From Octopus vulgaris (lineage: Eukaryota), in assembly GCA_951406725.2 (NCBI GenBank), contig OX597822.1, positions 6,634,001 through 6,698,000 on the forward strand: a DNA stretch of 64,000 nucleotides. Reading direction: 5' to 3'. Shown one piece after another: positions 54,546 through 64,000 of this stretch. How positions within the stretch are numbered: position 1 is the first letter of the stretch; each line of letters starts with the position of its first letter. The notes under the pieces were generated by a model that saw nothing but the letters and a program-made list of their open reading frames with translations, was not told the DNA's origin and made no database searches. A program made the position numbers and the translations under genes.

Positions 54546-54699
54546 TACCGTGGGGATATATCAGTATAGGGGCGACATAATACTGAAATTCTTCAATAAA
54601 GCAATGAATATACTGGCAATGTAAAGTCGGGAATCAATCAGACTTGTAAAGCGGAGCATCAGTCAGAGTTGTCATGTTGGATAGTTGCAGGATGTAGCG

Positions 54700-55570
54700 T
54701 TCATGGTAGTGTTTGTGTGTCAAGTATTTATTTGTAGTGAATGCCCAGGTGGTTTGGATGACAAAGGAGCTATGGAGTGGGAAATTTGAATAAGTTAATC
54801 TCGAAGAGGAAGATGCATTTGTATAATAAAAGAATCGTTTGCTGAATTCACTAAGTACCTGGTTGAATTACTGTTATGTGGAAGCAGGATAGGAGATTGC
54901 AATGTAAGAAGTGTTATTGCCTGTTTGTAGCTAACTGTTTGTTCCTCGAGGGGTTTTATTTTATATTGTCGTTAATTGCAATAGGTTCGAATCGTTGCTT
55001 TGTAATTCATGTCGATTGGCATGGATCAAATAATTATTTTAACTTTCTTGATATGAATAGAATTTGTTTTCTTATTTTTAAGAGAAAGAAGAGAAGCATT
55101 TTCGTTGGAGGATAATTTCTAGGTTTCTGTTCATGGAATCGGTGCTAGTTCGGTGTTTGGAATTTTGGTTGAATATAGATAATACATTGTTGGGGAATAT
55201 TAGTGAAGAATGAAGTGTAATATAATCTGCATAAGAGGAAGTGTATTTGGAAACGATGATAAGTAGGTGATTGATGTAGAGAAGGAAGAGCGTGGACTTG
55301 AACCATACTATGGGGTATGCCAGGGTTTAAATAGTGGGGTACAGAAAGAGCACCATCAAGACACTCTGCAATAGTGCAATTTATTAGGAAGCTGCTGTTC
55401 CATGAGATGAAAGACGCGAGGATCCTGGAGGTAGGTAGCTTTGATAGGAGATCTCCATTCTAGTCACTATCGGAAGCTTTACTGGTGACAAAGATGACAA
55501 CATTAGTCTCACTAAAATTCTCTATGGTGAGATATCACGTATGTGGAACTTTACGGAAGCTGTTTTATGA
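54700..55570 (-). pseudogene. Highly decayed LINE reverse transcriptase (jockey/CR1 group)
   Basis: FRKVPH..LNPGIPH..STLFLLYINHLL..SYADYITLHSS resembles the GVPQG..LF..INDL..YADD motifs; boundaries approximate. Confidence 0.6.
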
Positions 55571-57201
55571 CTGAAAGGTAAGTCAGTACGTATAGATCAC
55601 AGAAATCTTCACAACAGAAACAGTTATCCTAATACATGATATCCTAATCAAACGTGGTGAGTTGTTTACTCTTAGGAGTAAAATATATTTCCGTCTTTCT
55701 TTTCGGAGAATTATTTCGGTTGTAAATTACAGGACATACATAATCTGCAAGTCTACCGAACTGTATTGAAGAATGAAACGGTGAGCTCACAGAACAGGCT
55801 TCAATTGTCCAGTGTCTGTCTGAGTGTATATATCTGTATGACTGATCACAGGATTGTGAATTCAGAGTGACAGCAAGTGGCATAGGTCAAGTATACAAGT
55901 ATATATTAGAGGCTCTCGAACCGGTAATGATATTAAAATCATAGCATGTACAGTTGTATTTAACAAGTCTCCGTACATACAAACGTGTAAATATCTAGTC
56001 AACGTAAACTGTCTCGGGAGAGTAATTATGGTTATAGAGAATATTTCTAAAGCGCACATTAGTTTCTGACTTCACCGAACTGTAGAACACGAGTTTCTTT
56101 CTTCTTATGCTCCGTTACTTACAGACAGCGAATCTGTTTAGATACAAGAAACACAGTTGGTCTACAAACAACGGATTCAGTGACTGAGCTGATGAGGCAT
56201 AACAGCGCAGAAACCCGTGTTTTGCAGTATGATGTGGCCATTCGTTCTTTAACGCCGTGTCATTTCATACATGTTTATGAGGAGAATTTTCTCTCCGGAA
56301 AATTTCCACAGCGAAGGTTGACTGTACAAGAACATGACAAATATGAACGTGCAGAACTTTACACACACACACACACACACACATACAATACACACGCACA
56401 CACACGAAACCACATGCACAATACTGAAACGCGCACACACACTCACGTACTTTACATACATATGTACGCGCGCGCGCAAGCACACACATAGATACGTGCA
56501 TATGTGTATGTATGTACTTGTATACATACACAATCATATGCAGATATGTGAAGAAAATGAGCTCTAATTTGAAAATAGCTTATGCTTTGTCGCTATGATA
56601 CGTTTATCGTACATTTTATGCGTGTATGTATAGATTTTTGTCGGTAAAGAACATTTCCGTCTTCGTTATTTCCATGAAGTAGTGTTCCATTTTTTATTCA
56701 ATAAATGAAATAACTCTTCAAACATGAAGCCAATATGGAAACAAGCAACGAAAGATGTCAAAAGCAAATTAGCTCTATGGTTTTTCAAGCAGCAACAATG
56801 GCGACAACAATAACGACAACAATTTTCGAAAGAAATAATAATGCAAGCACGAATATTACTAAATTTTGAACTTTCTACTGAAACTCGAGTGGAGAAAAAA
56901 AAAACCCTATGAAAAAATGTGATTTCGTCCATAAAATATTCATGAATATTTTTGTCTGAATTTAAAATGGTTAGTTTGGTGCCAGTATTTCATAAGCAGA
57001 ATATTCTTGCTAATATAGCTGCTTTTAAAAAATATATTTGCTTCCTGTCATTGTAAGAAATGGTTATATTTCATGTCGAAATTGAAAATTTTTTTGTTTT
57101 GTTTATACTATTTCTTTTTTTTTTTCTGCTGCTACCGTATCTTAAAGGGAAATGAAGTTTAAAGAGAATAGGGATATGGGCTTCAATATGATTTTTATAG
57201 C

Positions 57202-57260
<59 letters not shown>

Positions 57261-57429
57261 GTATTATTGTTATGGTTATCATGATCATCATCATCATCGT
57301 CTTCATCATCATCATCATGATCATCATCATGATCATCATGATCATCATCATCATCATCATGATCATCATCATTATCATCATCATCATTATTATTATTATT
57401 ATTATTATTATCATTATTATTATTAACGA

Positions 57430-57881
57430 CATTGCTATATCCATCATTGCTGTTTTTTTATTATTATAAGAGTGTTATTTTTACTGCGTGCTTCGACTCC
57501 ATAATCGGACATAGTGAGGGGCGCCTGCAATGTTCAATTTGAGTTTTAAAAAATATTTTCTATCATACGTGCGTTACAATGTGTCGATAAATCTTTACAT
57601 TCAATGGGTACATCATCTGATATTGCGATTTCTTTGTATTTCATATATATATACGGAAGTTATGTGACATCCTTCATATGCTTACACAGCCGAAGGCAAT
57701 GTTACAATGACTGTGTATCCCATCCCGAGATATTTTGATAACATACTTATATCTAATACCTTCGTTTTCAAAGTATTTTAATACTTTCGTAGACCTTTTT
57801 ATGTGTTAAACACTCTTTTTTTATCCTTTCGATTAACCATTTCCCTCTTTGTCTCCTCTCTCTATATATATGTATACATAC

Positions 57882-57929
<48 letters not shown>

Positions 57930-58498
57930 AGTCTTCTGTATTATAAATAACACTTTATCATTTTTACTTCAATTATGTGAATAGAGGGAAACAGGTGTCG
58001 AAGTATAATCTTCTCACATCGAAACCTCTTTTGCTCTATGTATATTGCATGTTTAATCTTCGTGTATTTATTCATGATATTTTTAATGCCCTTTAGTTAT
58101 TGAATACTCATCAGTGTGGAGGTTTGTTGGAGTGCCTACAAAACTATAACCATTATCGCTAAGCAGGATTGATATATTAATAAAAAGAAACATACCCAGA
58201 CAGGTGAGTTGTGGTAACTATATGAATGTGGGAAAAGATGCTTTGATATCTTCAATAACCCTTTGTGTTTCAAGCTTAAATTTCACTAAAATGCGTGTTA
58301 AGATTATGTTGTTAAGCTCACCAAAATGCATGCAACTTAATTCATTGTAACGCACGTATGATAGAAACTATTTTTTAAAAATCAAATTGAACATTGCAGG
58401 CGCCCCTCGCTATGTCCGATTATGGAGTCGAAGCACGCAGTAAAAATTACACACTCTTATAATAATAAAAAAAAACAGCAATGATGGATATAGCAATG
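57430..58498. repeat. ~152-bp inverted repeat pair (57430-57581 / 58343-58498)
   Basis: cattgctatatccatcattgctg..ctgcgtgcttcgactccataatcggacatag..gcgttacaatg and its reverse complement; no TSD seen. Confidence 0.9.
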
Positions 58499-58601
58499 AA
58501 TTATTTCTGTAGGAAAGATCTGTAAAATGCAATGAGGTCTTTATTCTCTGTTCCCTAACTGAATAAGAAATGTCATTCCTTTATTTTGTACTGGAAACAT
58601 T

Positions 58602-60200
58602 ATTTGTTCATAGATCTTCCCTTAATAATTTGTCCATAGATCTTCCACTAATATTTCCTTCTATAGATAATCTGTTTATAGATCTTCCCTTAATAATTTG
58701 TTCATAGATCTTCCACTAATATTTCCTTCTATAGATAATCTGTTTATAGATCTTCCCTTAATAATTTGTTCATAGATCTTCCACTAATATTTCGTTCTGT
58801 GGATTATCTGTTTATAGATCTACCCTTAATAATTTGTTCATAGATCTTCCCTGAATAATTTGTTAATAGACTTCCCATTAATAATTTGTACATAGATTTT
58901 TCACTAATAATTTGTTCCATAGATCTCAACTTAATAATCTGTTCATAATTCTTCCCTAACAAATTTGTTCATAGATTTCCTCTTAATAATTTGTTCATAG
59001 ATCTACTATTAATGATTTGTTTATAGAATGGATGTTCCCTTAATGAGTTGTTCCTAGATCTTCCCTTAACATCCTGATCATAGATTTCCCCTTACTAATT
59101 TGTTCATAGACTTTCACATAATTATTCAGATCTTTCTTTAAAAATTGTTTCATAGATCTACACTTAACAGTTTGTTCATGAATCATCCATAGATAATTTT
59201 TACACAGATCTTCGCCTAATGATTTGTTCATCGATTTTCCATTAATAATATGTGCATAGATCAGCCCTTCATAATTTTTAAAACAGATCTACCCTTAATA
59301 ATTTGTTCATAGATCTTACCTTAACAATTTGGTCATCTACCCTTTATAATATCTTTAAAAGTCCTTACTTTATAATTTGTTCAGAGATCCTCTCTTAATA
59401 ATTTGTTTATTGACCACCCCTTCTATTATTCATAGATTTTCACTTAAAAATGTGTTTATACATCTTCCTTTAATAATTTGTTCTTAGATCTACCCTTAAC
59501 AATCTGTTCATAAATCACCCCGTAATAATTTGTTGATAGACCTTCCCTTTAGTTCATAGATCGTCTCTTAATAATTTGTTATAAGATCTACCCTTAATAA
59601 TATATGATCATAGTTCTTCCCTCAATAATTTGTTCATGAATCTCACCTTAAAATATGTCCAGGGAGCTTCCCTTGATAATGTTCTCATAGATTTACCCTC
59701 TTCCGTTAACAATTCGTTTAATAGATTTCCTTTAATAATCTCTTTATAGCTCACATCTAAAATATTTGTCGATTGACGTTCCCTTCATAATTTGTTCATA
59801 GATCTCTTTATAAATTGTTAATAGATGCACACGAAATACTTCATTCATAGATCCCCCTTCGTAATTTGTACATAGATCTACCTTTAATAATTTGTTCGTA
59901 TATCTACTCTTAATAATTTTTCATAGATGTTGTAGTAATTCGTTCATCTTCCCTTAATACTTTGTTCATAGACCTTCCCTGAATTTATTCTTAGAGTTAC
60001 GGTTAATAATTTGTTCATAGATCTTCATTTAATAATTTGTTTATAGATCTCCCTTTAATAATTAGTTCATAAATCTTCCCTTAGTAATTTGTTCATAGAT
60101 TTCCCATTGATTTGTTCAGTGATGTGCACCTAATAATTAGTGCATAGATAAGTTGTTCTTACATCTTCTGTTAATAATTTGTTCATAGAACTCCCTTTAA
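58602..60200. repeat. 26-bp minisatellite, ~1.6 kb
   Basis: Consensus cttaataatttgttcatagatcttcc, degenerate; 68-bp higher-order units start at 58621, 58689 and 58757. Confidence 0.93.
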
Positions 60201-61452
60201 TAGTTGTTGTATGGTATTTGGAATGCATTCTGCAAAACGAACTGCTTTTAACTTTAAACATGTATCTCCTATAAAACTGTTGAGGCCTTTTTTGATTTTA
60301 ATATAAAAGCTGCTTAAATATTTTTAATAATCTTATAAAAGCCGTATATCTTGCAGGACACAGTACAAACAATGATCTTTTTATGACTTGGGAGATAGGA
60401 GTACTGACGTGAAAGCAGTTTATTCACTGAAATTGTAAACAAAGGCAGTGACATGTTTAGACTCAAAGGTAGTGATTTGTGGCTAATGAGACACAAATGT
60501 CGAAGCACACGTGTCCCAGAAACTCTTGCGTCAATGAACGTGCTGTTGTTGGAAAGTGGGGGAACAGCAACTGGCCTATCTCTGCCTCAATCTGCAGGAG
60601 ATTGAGACTGAATATACAAATCATCGCTTCATATTTTGCTGTACACAATACGAATAATGAATTTCCATATATTTTTAATCCTTTCTGCGACTCATTTCTT
60701 GAGTTACAAATCTCTCTCTTTCGCGTTACTGAATTGAATTGTAATTGTTTAAACCTTGGAGTTTCTTATAAGTATTTCATTGCTGCACTCTTAAACGGTT
60801 TGATATCCAAATTATTATCATGTTACACTAAATAACTTATCGGATTTCTATGTGGATGTACAAAGATAATTGATAATGATTTCTAACATATCATCTTCCT
60901 GCTTCATCTGCACTTTTACACGCAGTACAGCAATTATTTTTCTTGACAATTTTAAATGTCACTAAGTTTCAGACAATAGGAAGCAGTACTTCATGCATTT
61001 AAATGGCTTCTTAGCTTTGATAAAAAATAAAGTAAAATAACTCCGCTATTCTGAATTGATACGACATTATCACAGTCATCATCATCATCATCAACAACAA
61101 CAACACCGACAACAAACCTCTTCATTTCATTCATGCATAAGTATTTCTTCTTCCTTTCCTTCTTCTTCCTTTTATCCTTCGCATTATCATTATCATCGTT
61201 ATTTTCATTATCATCTTTCAATTCTGTTTCCATTTCTTGCCGAATGTCTTCCTGACACCTAGAGCAGAAAAACACATTTCATGCATTGGTAGGCCATTAA
61301 ATTAAACACACCAGATCGTTCCTTTACAAAGTCATATGATGGGGGGAATGGAGAAGAAGGACAGAAAGAAAAAAGAGAAAATAAAAAATAAAAAAAGTAA
61401 GCAAAGAGACGTCCCCGGTTCGTAAGCACGTATCGACTTCAGTTTTTATGGA

Positions 61453-61750
61453 CAGGCATGGCTGTGTGGTAAGAAGCTTGCTTCCCAACCTCATAGCGCC
61501 GGATTCAGTCCCACTGCGTAGCACCTTCGGCAAGTATCTTCTACTATAGCCTCGGGCCGACTAAAGCCTTGTGAGTGGATCTGGTAGACTTGTGAGTGGA
61601 TCCGTAATCTAGCGGTTTGGGAAAAAGACACCGATAGAATAAGTACGAGACTTAAAAAGAATAAGTCCTGGGGTCGATTTGGTCGACTAAAGACGGTGCT
61701 ACAGCATGGCTGCAATCAAATGGCTGAAAGGTGTAAAATAATGAAAGAAT
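61453..61750 (+). mobile_element. SINE family A with internal deletion and duplication
   Basis: Head and tail present; cttgtgagtggatc is duplicated at the deletion junction. Confidence 0.85.
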
Positions 61751-61789
61751 AAAATAAATGAAGGAGAAAGGGAAAGAAAATTCAGAGCA

Positions 61790-62010
61790 ACAATGCACTT
61801 CTGAATATGTGTGACGTACAGTCTTTTGCCCTTCCCGCATGGACGGTAAGCCAGGGATCATTCTTAAATAATTGTCACTTCCTTTTTGGATCTTTCCAAG
61901 TGCTCCTACAATTACTGGTACTGTAATCGTCTTGGGTTGCCACATGTTTTCGATTTCGATTATATTTTCTGAACTTATATTCTTTTGCTGCAATATTATG
62001 GTCACAGGGT
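61790..62010 (-). mobile_element. R4/Dong-type LINE 3' scrap
   Basis: IEIENMWQPKTITVPVIVGALGKIQKGSDNYLRMIPG. Confidence 0.75.
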
Positions 62011-62279
62011 CTTCTCATGTCAATCAATGAGAAGACTAACACTTTCGAATGTCACTACTTTTCAAACAATACTTAGTGTTGCTTCATGCTTTTAAATGAC
62101 TTCTTAGCTTTGAAAAAACAAAACGAAACCGCTATTCGTGATTAATACGTCATTATCACGGTCATCATCATCATCATCATCAACAACAATAACAGCAACA
62201 ACAACAGAAGCAACAGCAACAACTTCATCATCAACAACAACAGCGACAATAACAAATGCAATCTTCCATTCTATTATTA

Positions 62280-62652
62280 TTAGGTCATCCTATAAACAAT
62301 GCGGTTTTTTATACTTCGTTCATTTTTCAAAATTAAGATAAACAAAGTTTTTTTCAGCTAAAGTATACTCTACGTCATTTTCCTCATGCTCTTTCAACTA
62401 TCTGGTGGTCTTGCAAAGACCCTCTTCCAAGATTCACTTGTCGAGCCGAAAAATACTCCTCCAGTACTGTTCTACAGAATTCATATTTTTTCCGTCCAAA
62501 TGATTTTGAAGATTGTGGAATAAATGGTAATCAGATGGGGCAATGCTCGGCGAATATGATGGGTGGGGCATCGTTTCCCATTCAAACTGCTCCATCCTTT
62601 GGGATGTCATCCTCGCTGTATGTGGGCAAGAATTATCCTGATTTAAGAACAC
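62280..62652 (-). mobile_element. Mariner (DD34D) relic, 3' end
   Basis: QDNSCPHTA..PHPSYSPSIAPSDYHLF with 34 residues between the two Asp; TIR-like ttaggtcatcctataaacaatgcgg after TA. Confidence 0.85.
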
Positions 62653-62671
62653 ATTTTAGTGCCTAATTTAA

Positions 62672-62949
62672 CACACTCACCGGTAACATTTCTAATAATT
62701 TACTTGATTGATTGATTGATTCTAGTTTCAGCTCATGAGCTGTGGCCATGCTGGGGCACCGCCATTTACTTATTTATTTTTCTAAAGTTTTCGTTGCGTC
62801 TTGCAACATTTTCAATAACTATTAGGTATGAAGGAAAATGTCAGCTGTCCAGAGTCAGCAGACTGACTAATGAAAAGGTTGCAAGATGCAACGAAAAAGA
62901 AATAGTAAAATAAATAGGTAAATGAGTGGAAATTTTACCGGTGAGTGTG
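62672..62949. mobile_element. Palindromic MITE with TTAA TSD (piggyBac-like)
   Basis: ttaa|cacactcaccggtaa ... ttaccggtgagtgtg|ttaa; long imperfect arms; 58-bp retroposon tail inserted at 62706-62763. Confidence 0.85.
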
Positions 62950-62989
62950 TTAAATTATAAGATACTAAAATAGAATGACTCTTCCCAGA

Positions 62990-64000
62990 TACAACCAATT
63001 ACTATTGTTATCACATCTCCTTTCCCCAGGAAGTTTTTTTCTTTTTTATTCAGCACAACACATTGTAGTTTCCGATGTCTCGTCAGGTGGTCGTACTGAA
63101 TAATTACATCCCACATGATTTTGCAATCCTCACTCTCCCCGACACCTTCTGGGGTTTTCTCATACCACATCTTAGGTCTTTCTAGGCCGTGATTTGCATA
63201 GAGCTCCCAATGTATCACACTTGTCATATTTTCCTGTCTTTTGTAATCGTGTAGTGCCAATTCCGAGCATTCACTAACAATGTACCATACATTTTCACCA
63301 CTCTCAAACGCTTGTACTTCTTCTGCACATATAAGTGCTTCTGTCTCTATCTTCAGGTCACTTCTCCTCATCCTCAGCCACCGGTCTTCTGTAGCTCTCT
63401 TGGCGTTCGTATCTCTTGCAGACTGACCGTACATGTTTTTCTCCTTCCGTGCTGTTTCTTCTTTATTCATTCTTTTTCTCTATATATTTTTCTTTCTTTA
63501 CACAATTATCAATTTTGATGACGCGGACTTCCTCAGATACTTCAGCAATGGTTCCACGGTTTCTTTTTCACACCATCCTAAGTAGTTTTCCTCTGCTTCG
63601 ATACAATCTTAGCAACTGATCAAACCTTTCCTATCCTTTCTCTTCGAGAAGTACAGACTTTCGGTGTCACTCTTAGGGTGGAAGTCTTCGTGCACTGTCA
63701 ATTGTTCTTTCGTTTGCCATTTTATGATTCCAGCTCCATACCGAAATGATGCCATTGCCCATGTATTAACTGCTGGGATTTTATTCCACCCGATCAATTT
63801 TGAGTGCAACACTAATCTTTGTATTCAGAAATATTCCATTCTCAATTGTTCTTTCATATCCTTCTCAATTATATCTCCATTGTCTAGTATGCAAAGATAT
63901 TTGTAGTTTTAGATTTCAATTTGTTTAATAATTTCGCTGTTACGTTATTCTATCCCTATCAGGGGCTGAACCTTGCTTTTTTTTCAGGTACATTATACCA
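62990..64000 (-). mobile_element. Decayed R4/Dong-type LINE running off the window
   Basis: YKYL, AVNTWAMASFRYGAGIIKW, HPKSDTESLY, LKIETEALICA, ENVWYIVSECSELA, KIMWDVIIQ. Confidence 0.85.

Larger units (their letters stand above)
60950..62190 (+). repeat. ~150-bp diverged direct repeat pair (60950-61100, 62043-62190)
   Basis: cttcatgc.tttaaatg.cttcttagctttga..ccgctattc..cattatcac.gtcatcatc in both copies. Confidence 0.8.

Noticed and set aside
55733-55780. Possible 48-bp exon (tacag|DIHNLQVYRTVLKNET|gtgagc) with other GT donor-like sites nearby
   Set aside because: Weak polypyrimidine tract, no recognisable peptide and no partner exons; would need RNA-seq junction reads.
58602-60200. CRISPR-like 26-bp repeats
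   Set aside because: Head-to-tail degenerate monomers without spacers.

Overview
AT-rich eukaryotic non-coding DNA, most likely an octopus/cephalopod genome (inferred from the repeat families and extreme microsatellite load). No host protein-coding gene or intact ORF is supported, and nearly all ORF-track calls are microsatellite artefacts. The window is a transposon graveyard: three tRNA-derived SINE families (labelled A, B, C here), many decayed R4/Dong-type RLE LINEs sitting in (TAA)n tracts, CR1-, RTE- and L1/Tx1-type scraps, a full-length DD36E Tc1-like element, mariner relics, MITEs, minisatellites, and Penelope-like terminal repeats carrying minimal type I hammerhead ribozyme (HHR) motifs, several as long palindromes. 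The most striking observation is three sequence-divergent copies (5738-5852 +, 15695-15823 +, 29783-29875 -) of a rearranged hammerhead-like motif. All HHR core nucleotides are present, but the strands are in a non-circularly permuted, pseudoknotted order, with two extra helices interrupting the A9-stem II junction and compensatory changes across the helices. All pairings were read by eye and none of the ribozymes is tested.
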